Below, one piece after another: positions 20,795 through 29,647 of a stretch of 64,000 nucleotides of DNA (positions within the stretch are counted from its first letter, which is position 1; every line of letters begins with the position of its first letter). Source of the DNA: a virus; IMG/VR virus record IMGVR_UViG_3300045988_149572; one strand, written 5' to 3'. Under the pieces are notes generated by a model, which was not told the origin of the DNA, did no database searches, and worked only from the letters and a program-made list of their open reading frames with translations. The translations under genes were made by a program, and so were the position numbers.

Positions 20795-23236
20795 ATGGCA
20801 GAAGTAACGATTAAACTTGACAGCCCTATTTCAATAGTAGATAAGGGCACTCCATCAACAACAAACCTTCCTAATGGAAGTATTGCATTAGAGAAGGATA
20901 AAAATAATAATTTAAAGATATACGGAAATGTAGGCAATGGAGTTGTCGATATAGAAAGAGTTGACGCATTAGATAACGGAGATGCATCCGCATCATTTGT
21001 GGCGGGTCGTAACCTTAAAGTTAATGGTTGGGAATTTTATTGGAAAGATGTTTGGGAAGAATCAGAACCATCGGCTATTAAACATATAGAAAGTGCAGGT
21101 GTTAATGCTGCCATTAATGAAATAAAAGGAACTGGAGCCGATGTGTCTGCTTTCACGTTCCCGACAACTAAAGATGAATTTATTGCATATCTGAAAACTA
21201 TTACGTTTGATTTCAGCAATCAACCTAATCAAGTATCTGGTTATGGAAGTGTTACATACGGTATTATGAATAAAAATGCTGGAACAACTACTATTGTGGA
21301 AGGTATGTATAATGATATATCTAATAAAATGCATAGGTCACATATAGAAGGTCAACATATGACTATTCCAGATGTAGAATATGCATTATCTTGCCATGTA
21401 GAAGGACAGGATTGTAATATTGTAGGATATGCTTCAATTTGTCATCTTGAGGGCAATGGTTCAGCAGTAGTTCATTCTATGGGAAAGAATGTAGGATTCT
21501 TCAGCGAAGCTTGTGCCTGTCATGTTGAAGGCGGTGGCGGAGTTGCTGGGGGAGCATATTCTCATGTAGAAGGAGATGGTTGTGCAGCTCTTAATTATGG
21601 AGCGCATTGTGAAGGTAAAGGCTACTATAAAAACAGTGTTACCGATTGGAAAAAGCGAACAGATAAAGACAATGACTATTTAAAAGATTTATGGAAAAAG
21701 ATTCTATTCGGGAAAACTGACACAAGTGGTTATACTTATAAATTTTCAGCAGCAATAGGGAACGCATCGCATGTCGAGGGAACAGGTAATATCGCACCTA
21801 AAGCCTCTGCAACTTTGGAAGGTCTTGATACAGGTGCTACTGCATCATTTGTTAATGGGGCGAATCATGCAGAAGGAGCAGGTAATTTAGCTGGCGCCGC
21901 AGCTTCTCACGCTGAAGGCATTAGAAATGAAATAGGGCATAATGCCTACGCCTCCCATGCTGAGGGTATTAAAAATACTACCCAAAACAGAGCAGAGCAT
22001 GCTTCTGGTCAATATAACAAATCAAACAAAGCGACAGATACATTTGGAGATTCAGGCAACACCTTGTTCTCAGTAGGTTGTGGTACATCGGATGCTGATA
22101 GGAAGAATGCTTTTGAGGTGATGCAAGATGGAACATGTAAATATTATGATGTTGATACAGGAGAACAGATAAATGTTGGTGTTGCAAAAGAATTATCAAA
22201 ACCTTTTGATTTGACGATAGGAAGCACAACTAAAAAAGTTAATGGTAAATCGGCTGTTACTTTTTCTGCTGAAGAATTTACAGATAAATTCAATGGAGTT
22301 TTAATACAGAAATTAACTACGGCAAGTACGGAAGCTGATATAAGAAGAGCATTTACTGATAATGGAACTGTGAAATTTCCAACTCCAGGCAGTATTATAT
22401 CTAAATTAGATGGAGGTAATAAAGGTATTGTTGTTTCATTAAGTGAACCTGATGTTACGACATTGGGACGAAGCATAGTTGTATATTATGGTGACGGAAC
22501 TTATACTATTGTTGTAAAAAATGGCTTTACTAAGGTATTAGTACCTTGGAGAAAAGACAGCTCTTTAAGAGACCTGTACATCTCTGCGGGTGCGGTGTAC
22601 AACGAGGCAACAGGCTTCTACGAACTGAACGGGCTGAAGGACATTACCGAGGAGGAGATGAGGGTGATATACACGCAATGGCAAAAAGATGTTGGAACTG
22701 CGGGACATAATACAGGATGGCTAACACTACCTCCGAATATGCGTACAAATTTACCAAGTCTATATCGAGCAGATTTAATAAGCGCATTGTCTAACAGCAT
22801 AGGCGGTTCATCTGTGGAAGTCCTCTGTATTGCAGAGCAATCGAACGACACCCGTGTTATGTACGTAGCCGCAACACAGGCTGTAGCACAAAATAATATG
22901 CCGAAGTTAAGGAGAGTGATTGGGATTTGGCGTTACAATGATAAGAATCCGTATAATTTCAATTTCACCTATGGGCAACCGTTCAGCAAATGCCCATTAC
23001 TCGAAGAGATAAGAATGTCTAAAATCAACAAGTCGCACACCTTTGCTGTATCGCCCAATCTTAGCAAGGAATCAGTGCTATATATGATAACTAACGCCAA
23101 CCCACCGAGCGGAGCGGCAGCGGGCAGCATAACAATCACACTTCATCCCACAGCCTATACCCGTCTGAAAGATGATGCGGACATTGTGGCTGCACTGGAG
23201 GCAAAAGGAGGAGTAATAACATTAGTATCAGCATAG
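20795..23236 (+). CDS. large tail fibre/spike with YadA-head-like repeats
   Basis: 813 aa. Repeated SHVEG/SHAEG/NHAEGAGN units (~21330-22000) end in LFSVGCGTSDADRKNAFEVMQDG, as in Hep_Hag-type fibres. Shares its N-terminal anchor with the ORF at 18892. Confidence 0.7.
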   Translation: MAEVTIKLDSPISIVDKGTPSTTNLPNGSIALEKDKNNNLKIYGNVGNGVVDIERVDALDNGDASASFVAGRNLKVNGWEFYWKDVWEESEPSAIKHIESAGVNAAINEIKGTGADVSAFTFPTTKDEFIAYLKTITFDFSNQPNQVSGYGSVTYGIMNKNAGTTTIVEGMYNDISNKMHRSHIEGQHMTIPDVEYALSCHVEGQDCNIVGYASICHLEGNGSAVVHSMGKNVGFFSEACACHVEGGGGVAGGAYSHVEGDGCAALNYGAHCEGKGYYKNSVTDWKKRTDKDNDYLKDLWKKILFGKTDTSGYTYKFSAAIGNASHVEGTGNIAPKASATLEGLDTGATASFVNGANHAEGAGNLAGAAASHAEGIRNEIGHNAYASHAEGIKNTTQNRAEHASGQYNKSNKATDTFGDSGNTLFSVGCGTSDADRKNAFEVMQDGTCKYYDVDTGEQINVGVAKELSKPFDLTIGSTTKKVNGKSAVTFSAEEFTDKFNGVLIQKLTTASTEADIRRAFTDNGTVKFPTPGSIISKLDGGNKGIVVSLSEPDVTTLGRSIVVYYGDGTYTIVVKNGFTKVLVPWRKDSSLRDLYISAGAVYNEATGFYELNGLKDITEEEMRVIYTQWQKDVGTAGHNTGWLTLPPNMRTNLPSLYRADLISALSNSIGGSSVEVLCIAEQSNDTRVMYVAATQAVAQNNMPKLRRVIGIWRYNDKNPYNFNFTYGQPFSKCPLLEEIRMSKINKSHTFAVSPNLSKESVLYMITNANPPSGAAAGSITITLHPTAYTRLKDDADIVAALEAKGGVITLVSA

Positions 23237-23240
23237 AATT

Positions 23241-23690
23241 ATGATAACAAAACAGAACAACGAGATTTTCAGCACGACAGGAAAGTACGTGCATATCATA
23301 GGAACAGACAACTATTTCAAACGGGGACTCGCTATCGGTCTGTCGGTAGAACAGTGCGAGGAAGTGGACGAAGTGCCGCAGACCATCAACACCAAAGCCT
23401 ATGAAGACAAGGTAGACAGCCTTATCCGCAACCGCTACTCGCTCAGCGAGGAACTCGGCACACTGCGACAAAAAGACGTGAAGAAAGCGGAATATGACGC
23501 TTATTTCGCCTACTGCGAGCAGTGCAAGGCGGAAGCGAGGGAGTGGTTGAAGGAACATCCTAACGGCGATTTGCCGCCATTGCCGCAAGTGGAAGAAGTG
23601 ACGGACTATCTTTCGGAAACAACTGACGATGTTGTGGGATTTGGCAATAAAAAAAGGCAGCAAGGGCGAAGTCCCCACTGCCTATTATAG
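23241..23690 (+). CDS. hypothetical fibre-associated protein
   Basis: 149 aa directly after the fibre gene. The motif RNRYSLSEELGTLRQ...EYDAYFAYCEQCKAEA recalls XkdW/fibre-assembly-type proteins. Confidence 0.45.
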   Translation: MITKQNNEIFSTTGKYVHIIGTDNYFKRGLAIGLSVEQCEEVDEVPQTINTKAYEDKVDSLIRNRYSLSEELGTLRQKDVKKAEYDAYFAYCEQCKAEAREWLKEHPNGDLPPLPQVEEVTDYLSETTDDVVGFGNKKRQQGRSPHCLL

Positions 23691-23722
23691 TTTCGCAAGG
23701 GCGAAGCCCCCACCGCCTATTA
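23660..23722 (+). repeat. 28-bp imperfect direct repeat x2 (35-bp period)
   Basis: GCAAGGGCGAAGTCCCCACTGCCTATTA (23660-23687) and GCAAGGGCGAAGCCCCCACCGCCTATTA (23695-23722), 2 mismatches. The first copy overlaps the last codons of the ORF at 23241. Confidence 0.8.
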
Positions 23723-23775
23723 CACAACAAAGATAGAAAACAATATTGAAAACCACAAAATGAAACAGAAAAAAA

Positions 23776-24264
23776 ATGACAGGAACGGCAGTTAATAATA
23801 GCCTACGCATAGGCACGGCAAGTATGGGAGTGTTCATAGGCGAAATCAGCACACTGCTCTGGGATATGCGGTGGCTGATGCTCCTCGCTGGAGTGTTGAT
23901 TATTGTAGACTTGTGGCTCGGTGTTCACAAGTCTATCTCCAACAACGTTGACATCCGAGCGAGCCGCGCTCTACGGAGAACAATGATGAAAATAGCCGAC
24001 TATTTGTGCGTCGTGATACTCGGGGCGGTGGTCGGCAAGGCACTCGGAGAACCGCTCGGATGCTCCGCTATCGTAATCGCCGTGGTGCTTATGTCGATAG
24101 CGTGTTTGTGCGAACTCGACAGCATCATCAGCAACTGGGGCGAAATTAAAGGAGTGAAGATAAACGTCTTCAAAATAGTTCTCGGTCTTGTAGGCTACAA
24201 GCGCAAGGAACTTGGAGAAGCACTGAAAGGAACAATTACAATCACTAAAAAACGGAAGAAATGA
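23776..24264 (+). CDS. holin
   Basis: 162 aa with about 3 TM segments. DLWLGV...SRALRRTMMK...ELDSIISNWGEI resembles the phage_holin_4 signature (E..SI.EN). Overlaps the endolysin start. Confidence 0.75.
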   Translation: MTGTAVNNSLRIGTASMGVFIGEISTLLWDMRWLMLLAGVLIIVDLWLGVHKSISNNVDIRASRALRRTMMKIADYLCVVILGAVVGKALGEPLGCSAIVIAVVLMSIACLCELDSIISNWGEIKGVKINVFKIVLGLVGYKRKELGEALKGTITITKKRKK

Positions 24265-24668
24265 AATACTTTACGTTGAACGAACTGACACGGAGCGACA
24301 CCGCCACAAAGAATAAGATAGACAACACACCGACAGCGGAAGCAGTGAAGAACTTGACTGTCCTTGTAGACAAGGTTCTCGACCCGTTGCGTGAGATGTA
24401 CGGCAAGCCGATATACATCTCCAGCGGCTACCGCTGTCCACGGCTGAACAAGGCTGTCGGAGGTGTCGCTGGCTCACAGCACAAGACAGGACAGGCAGCC
24501 GACATCAATCAGCGAAGCCGCGAGGAGAACGCGCGTGTCTTTAAACTGATTGAGGAGAACCTTGACTTCGACCAACTGCTGTGGGAAAACGGCGGTCAGT
24601 GGGTACACGTCAGTTATCGTGCTGACGGCAAGAACAGAAGGCAAGTGAAACGACTTTGGAAGAAATGA
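24261..24668 (+). CDS. endolysin, peptidase M15 (zinc D-Ala-D-Ala carboxypeptidase-like)
   Basis: SGYRCPRLNKAVGGVAGSQHKTGQAAD plus WVHVSY match the H-D-H metal-ligand pattern of the Peptidase_M15_3/M15_4 families. Confidence 0.85.
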   Translation: MKYFTLNELTRSDTATKNKIDNTPTAEAVKNLTVLVDKVLDPLREMYGKPIYISSGYRCPRLNKAVGGVAGSQHKTGQAADINQRSREENARVFKLIEENLDFDQLLWENGGQWVHVSYRADGKNRRQVKRLWKK

Positions 24669-24770
24669 TTTATTAACCAGACAATGGAACGCGCTCTTTG
24701 ACATACGGAATCACCGAAAAAAACTACAAAATTTTAGCGGAATTATATACAATATTTCGATAAAATTATA

Positions 24771-24778
24771 TATCTTTG
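24771..24778 (+). promoter_or_regulatory. Bacteroides-type -7 box TATCTTTG
   Basis: Matches the TAnnTTTG consensus in an AT-rich spacer 76 nt upstream of ATG 24854. Followed by a 12-bp-stem hairpin (AAAGTCCCATAT/ATATGAGACTTT). Confidence 0.4.
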
Positions 24779-24853
24779 CATAGAAAAGTCCCATATCGGC
24801 TAAATATGAGACTTTTATAAATTCGGCACACCGCCAAATAAAATTTTAATCTT

Positions 24854-25456
24854 ATGCAAGATATGATAAATTTATCGAAACGGCAAGCATTCTCGAAAGA
24901 GGATGCAGTTGAACTGCTTAGGCAGAATGCAGTACAGATATTCAGCGCCTTTGATGAAGCGTTGGACAAGTACAATGTAGAAATTCAACAGACAAGTCCA
25001 CTTGCTCGGACACGGTTGGATTCGCCACTGTTACACGCGAAAATTACAGACAGCTTCATTGCTACATTCCCAGAGAATACTATTATCGGCAAATACCGCA
25101 GAATCATTTTCCGCTATGTTGGTAATGGTAATAAATGCCAGCTTATAATCAAGAAGCTAAGCAAATCGAGCCGACCATCATATATAAGCACTCGACTGAG
25201 CAACACTATATTGTCACAAGGTCAATGCGAGTTGTTTGATGGAGAAGAGAGCGCCAAGCGAGAACCTTTATTGATTTTTGGCTATACAAAAGACAGGTTC
25301 GGTAATTTGACAAATCCGAGAATCGTCTATTTTGACGAAGAGCCAGTTTGGGAAATTGTTCCATCGGACTTTGCCTCTGCATTGCCGAATATGGACAGTG
25401 TAGAACATATCGAAGTAAAGCCAAAAAGGAAACAAAGAGAGAAGAAAGCAGAATGA
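24854..25456 (+). CDS. hypothetical protein, partner of the HTH-ImmA/IrrE gene
   Basis: 200-aa ORF with its own promoter-like box. No motif recognised. Confidence 0.6.
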   Translation: MQDMINLSKRQAFSKEDAVELLRQNAVQIFSAFDEALDKYNVEIQQTSPLARTRLDSPLLHAKITDSFIATFPENTIIGKYRRIIFRYVGNGNKCQLIIKKLSKSSRPSYISTRLSNTILSQGQCELFDGEESAKREPLLIFGYTKDRFGNLTNPRIVYFDEEPVWEIVPSDFASALPNMDSVEHIEVKPKRKQREKKAE

Positions 25457-25501
25457 CAATAACTGGTGGTGTGCCGTTTTGTTTATCAAACCGATTTAGT
25501 T

Positions 25502-26581
25502 ATGGAAAATAAGCAATTGACATTCGCAAGGGAATACAGAGGATTGTCGCAGACAGAATTGGCAAAGCGAGTTGCTGGCTTATCGCAATCCAACCTTTCA
25601 AAGTTTGAAAAATTAGGAGGTTCTTTGTCAGAAACCGCATTGCGCAATGCAATGAAGGCTCTTGAATTTCCTTTCGAGTTTCTCAATATAGAAATCAACA
25701 ACAATCCCGAGAGCAAACACTACCGCAAGAAAAATCAGATTGGAGAGAAGGACAAGACAAAAATAGATAGGTTTGTATCGACTGCGGCTTATGTGTTCGA
25801 CAACATTCTTGATGAGTTTGAAGCTCCTCCTTTTAATTTTCATTACCTTGATGTGGAGAATGGAATAAGCCCGGAGGAGGCTGCAAGACAGACACGCAGA
25901 ACGTGCCGAATTGGATGTGGCGCAATCCGTAACATCTGCAATCTTCTGGAACGCAATGGTGTGTTTGTGTATTTTTGGGATTGCGAGTATAAGGATTTTG
26001 ACGGGGTGTCGCTTGTCTCCGACAAGGGGAACCATATTGTTGTCGTCAACAAGAATATGCCGAACGACCGCATCCGCTTTTCTCTTGCCCACGAGCTTGG
26101 ACATTTGATAATGCACAACAGTATGTTCATCGTCCTTGAGGCGAGGGATAAGGAAAAAGAAGCCAATCAATTTGCGGCGGAATTTTTGATGCCAGAGAGG
26201 GAGATAGGTAGTGCTCTTCTGAACTTGAAACCATCGGCATTGCCCCTGCTGAAGCGAATGTGGCTGACATCAATGTCGTCTTTGGTTGTGCGTGCGAAAA
26301 CTCTCGGGAAAATAGACAGCAACAGATACAAAATGCTTATGACAGAATTGAGTCGTAAAGGATGGCGCACAAACGAGCCTATACAGGTGGAGCTTGACAG
26401 CCCGACATATTTGGCGGATGCGGAAAATATGTTGCAGGATGAATTCAATTTGGACTATACAGAGCAAGCAAGGATGATGTCCTTGCCAGTAGATATACTC
26501 AGACTGATTTTTCAAGGAAAAGCGATGACAAAGATGTTGAAACCGTTGCTTCTGATAAATCAGCAACCGAACACTCCATAA
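25502..26581 (+). CDS. XRE-HTH / ImmA-IrrE (COG2856) metallopeptidase fusion protein
   Basis: N-terminal LTFAREYRGLSQTELAKRVAGLSQSNLSKFE is an XRE HTH. HELGHLIMH is an HEXXH site and EANQFAAEFLMP is the ImmA/IrrE downstream motif. ATG 25502 is preferred over the upstream GTG. Confidence 0.85.
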   Translation: MENKQLTFAREYRGLSQTELAKRVAGLSQSNLSKFEKLGGSLSETALRNAMKALEFPFEFLNIEINNNPESKHYRKKNQIGEKDKTKIDRFVSTAAYVFDNILDEFEAPPFNFHYLDVENGISPEEAARQTRRTCRIGCGAIRNICNLLERNGVFVYFWDCEYKDFDGVSLVSDKGNHIVVVNKNMPNDRIRFSLAHELGHLIMHNSMFIVLEARDKEKEANQFAAEFLMPEREIGSALLNLKPSALPLLKRMWLTSMSSLVVRAKTLGKIDSNRYKMLMTELSRKGWRTNEPIQVELDSPTYLADAENMLQDEFNLDYTEQARMMSLPVDILRLIFQGKAMTKMLKPLLLINQQPNTP

Positions 26582-26662
26582 TGGAGATGTGCTTAAAAAC
26601 GCTGGGGCGGTGATTCCGAATGTCGGAGTCGCCGCTCCTTTTGTCATAAACGTTTTTGAGAT

Positions 26663-27091
26663 ATGAGAGATGACGAGAAATGCAGATATGTCTGCGTGGT
26701 GATAGGCTGGGTGCTGATTGCCGTGCTTGCGGTGATGTGCCTCGGATGCAAGTCGGTGCAGTATGTACCTGTGGAGTCTGTGCGCACCGATACGTGCTAC
26801 GTGAACAAGATTCGCACCGATTCCGTGTATGTGCGCGACTCGGTGGTCGTGGAGCGCAGCGGTGACACAATCAAGGTGACTGCGTGGCGGTGGCGCGAGC
26901 GGTACGTTGTGCAGCGCGACACCATCTATCGGAGCAAGACGGACAGCATTGCCGTACCTTACCCCGTGGAGCGCAAACTCTCTCGATGGGAAAAGACGAA
27001 GCAGGACATCGGCGGCATAGCCATCGGTGCGTTCATCGCCGTTGTGTCGGCGGTCGTGATTTGGTTGGCGGTGAAGAAGATGCGGAAATAG
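26663..27091 (+). CDS. membrane-anchored lipoprotein-like protein, candidate unimolecular spanin
   Basis: 142 aa. N-terminal signal ends in CLGC (lipobox-like, not canonical). C-terminal TM segment IGGIAIGAFIAVVSAVVIWLAV. Beta-rich middle. Lies downstream of the lysis genes. Confidence 0.4.
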   Translation: MRDDEKCRYVCVVIGWVLIAVLAVMCLGCKSVQYVPVESVRTDTCYVNKIRTDSVYVRDSVVVERSGDTIKVTAWRWRERYVVQRDTIYRSKTDSIAVPYPVERKLSRWEKTKQDIGGIAIGAFIAVVSAVVIWLAVKKMRK

Positions 27092-27264
27092 AAAAAAAGC
27101 CCCCGACTAAATAAAATATCACCACAACATCCTATTTATCAACACACGTTCCGTGCGGTGTCGGGAGCCAATTATGCCTGAATCGCACGGACGTTTTGTG
27201 TCTTGTAAAGATAAAGCGGATGTTGTGGTTCGGCAAAGTTAAGAAATTAAATAGGGAAAATCAA

Positions 27265-27570
27265 ATGAAAACAATCGAAATCTTTGCCGAGGCTGTGAAA
27301 TTCGCCTCAGAAGCATCCGACATTCCGAGCGACAGGATATTGTCGGAGAGCCGCGACGCTGACGTTGTGGACGCAAGAATGCTCGTCATACAGACGCTTT
27401 ACGACATCGGTCTGTACCCGCGTAGGATAGCCGAGATGTTCGGAATGACGCCATCCAACGTGCGCCATCTGCTGACTGCTGACAATCGGAAAGAAACAAA
27501 CAAAATCTACGCAAACAACTTGCAAGCATTACGCAAGCACATAGCAAGCATCTTCTTTGACACCGAGTGA
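27265..27570 (+). CDS. small DNA-binding protein (DnaA C-terminal-domain-like HTH)
   Basis: SRDADVVDARMLVIQTLYDIGLYPRRIAEMFGMTPSNVRH resembles the Bac_DnaA_C HTH pattern. Confidence 0.45.
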   Translation: MKTIEIFAEAVKFASEASDIPSDRILSESRDADVVDARMLVIQTLYDIGLYPRRIAEMFGMTPSNVRHLLTADNRKETNKIYANNLQALRKHIASIFFDTE

Positions 27571-27627
27571 TTCCGTGCGATATTTGTGATGCGGTTGATA
27601 TTGACCGTAATTTAAAATCAAACCATT

Positions 27628-28158
27628 ATGACAGCGGAAGAAATGTTGGCGATGAGAGGAGTCGCCAAGAACGCTTGGGGAGAAGAGGAGAGCCGCCCTT
27701 GCTACAAGAGAGGACATAGCGGACAACGAGCCACAGGCATCGCACTCGGTGCGGTAGGTGTGGGTCTTGCCATCCTCGGCATCCCATTGGCATTGGTTGC
27801 CGCAAAAGCATTCGCATCCAAGGCGGAGGCAGTGGCTAACGGCAACTCGCAGATGATTGGGGAAACCAACAACCTTGTACGCACTGTGGCGGCAGGGTTG
27901 CAGATGGAGTCACAGAACAGAGAGAACGCAATCCTTATGGAGCGCAAGGAACGTGTCGACAGCACTCCATCGGTGCAGAGCTACATCGACCTTGCAGTGG
28001 GAGCCGGAGCATACAGCGGTAGTTCGGCGAACTCGCAGGCGGCAGCCACAGCGGCAAACGTCTATGCGAACAATCCTGCGATGGAGAACTTCTCATTTGT
28101 GAGAACGATTCCTTATTCTCAACCTCAGCCGTGTTGCACTCCGTGCTGCAACGGTTAA
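27628..28158 (+). CDS. membrane protein with C-terminal CC-x2-CC tail
   Basis: 176 aa. One TM segment (GIALGAVGVGLAILGIPLALVAA). Ends in QPQPCCTPCCNG. Confidence 0.55.
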   Translation: MTAEEMLAMRGVAKNAWGEEESRPCYKRGHSGQRATGIALGAVGVGLAILGIPLALVAAKAFASKAEAVANGNSQMIGETNNLVRTVAAGLQMESQNRENAILMERKERVDSTPSVQSYIDLAVGAGAYSGSSANSQAAATAANVYANNPAMENFSFVRTIPYSQPQPCCTPCCNG

Positions 28159-28212
28159 CGGACAGCGGAGGGCGGTGGCACGTCTGCCGTCTTCCGCTAT
28201 TTCGTATATGTT

Positions 28213-28557
28213 ATGGGACTGTTCAGACGTAATATTGACCTTAAACGTATAGACGAGATGATTCCTACAAGCAAATTTGACTTGAAGATGCAATGCCTTT
28301 CCATAGCGAGGGGCGATGTGGACAAGGCAGTCAAACTATATGATTTTGTCGCAGGAGGACTTGACATCCCAGATGTCACCGCACCGCCACCGACAACGAT
28401 GCAGCAGGTGAAGAACATCGCCGGGAGCGTGTTCGGCTGGGTGAAGGAGAACAAGGACGGACTGCTTGAGGCATACAACGTGGTAAGGTCATTGCGCAAC
28501 GGCAGTGTAGTGGAAACAGCGGCAGAGGCGGTTACCGACCTGCCGCCATTGGAATAG
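28213..28557 (+). CDS. hypothetical protein
   Basis: 114-aa ORF in a same-strand small-gene array. Confidence 0.5.
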   Translation: MGLFRRNIDLKRIDEMIPTSKFDLKMQCLSIARGDVDKAVKLYDFVAGGLDIPDVTAPPPTTMQQVKNIAGSVFGWVKENKDGLLEAYNVVRSLRNGSVVETAAEAVTDLPPLE

Positions 28558-28561
28558 AGAT

Positions 28562-28765
28562 ATGGAAATAATGCAAATAACGATTCCGGTGTATGCGGAG
28601 AGCAAGGACGAGGCTGACGGAATGCGCCGTGCATGGGTGGACTTCTCCAACCAGTTGCGGTCAAAGGGATGTGTGGTCACTGCCGCCAAGACATCCGAGG
28701 CACTGAAGGCTTGGAACGCCAACGCTCTTGTAAGAGCCGGAATACTCAAACATTACAAACGATGA
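28562..28765 (+). CDS. hypothetical protein
   Basis: 67-aa ORF. Its stop overlaps the next ATG (ATGA). Confidence 0.45.
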   Translation: MEIMQITIPVYAESKDEADGMRRAWVDFSNQLRSKGCVVTAAKTSEALKAWNANALVRAGILKHYKR

Positions 28766-28923
28766 ACATAGTGCAAGCATTGAAGGCGATATTTGACCTT
28801 CTGAAAAAGAACTACGAGACAGTGTCGGCAAACAACAAATATCTTGAGAAGATATATGAGAGTCTGACAACGAATGACATATCGTTCACTGACACACCTG
28901 ATGAAGGTGAACCGATTGACTGA
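28762..28923 (+). CDS. hypothetical small protein
   Basis: 53 codons from ATG 28762 (MNIVQALKAIFDLL...), translationally coupled to the upstream ORF. Confidence 0.4.
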   Translation: MNIVQALKAIFDLLKKNYETVSANNKYLEKIYESLTTNDISFTDTPDEGEPID

Positions 28924-28952
28924 TTTCAGGTAACTTTAAAAATTGGATAGTT

Positions 28953-29360
28953 ATGATTAATGTAACACCTATCGCAATTACCGCCACATCCCAGGAATAT
29001 GCCTGTAGTGTGGTGGAGAATCTCTGCCAGGCATACTGCCTCGCTCAGAGCATTCAACCTCAGTCCGCAGTTTCCTACAGCATCGCATCGCAGGAAACGA
29101 TAAGCGGAACAACGTTTGTCACCGTGCAGGCAACGGGGACAGTGACTTATCAGCCTCGCAACGGCAAGTGTTGCTGCAAGCCGCAAGTGAAGATGTTCAC
29201 CGAGTCATTCGACATCATCTTCAAGGGCAACGGTACACCGGCACTTGCCCTTACGCAGGGTGTGACAAGTCGGGCTCCGGCAAACGTGAAGTGCAACGGG
29301 AACGTTTATGGTTATTCGATGGTTACTGACGTGACCATTACCGCCACCTTTCCCGGATAG
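28953..29360 (+). CDS. hypothetical Cys-rich beta-type protein
   Basis: 135 aa. Contains a KCCCK motif. T/S/V-rich. Confidence 0.5.
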   Translation: MINVTPIAITATSQEYACSVVENLCQAYCLAQSIQPQSAVSYSIASQETISGTTFVTVQATGTVTYQPRNGKCCCKPQVKMFTESFDIIFKGNGTPALALTQGVTSRAPANVKCNGNVYGYSMVTDVTITATFPG

Positions 29361-29362
29361 CA

Positions 29363-29647
29363 ATGTGGCATCTGGTGCGGATAGTGTTGGCTTGCGTGCT
29401 GCTGAACCATCTCGGTCTCGCAGAAGAAATCGCAAGAAGGCTGACGGGTAAGAAACGTCTGCTTCCGCTGACGTGCTCCAAATGCCTCAGTTTCTGGTGT
29501 TGTCTGCCATATTCCGTCATCATCCTCGGATGGAATGTGGTGGACTGCATCAGTGCCTCGCTTCTGTGCGCCTATGCCGCTTTATGGTTTGAATTGCTTT
29601 TCAGTATTGCGAACAAATATTATGGAAGACTATGGGAACAATTGTAA
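29363..29647 (+). CDS. small integral membrane protein
   Basis: 94 aa with 3 hydrophobic segments. LTCSKCLSFWCCL motif. Confidence 0.5.
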   Translation: MWHLVRIVLACVLLNHLGLAEEIARRLTGKKRLLPLTCSKCLSFWCCLPYSVIILGWNVVDCISASLLCAYAALWFELLFSIANKYYGRLWEQL

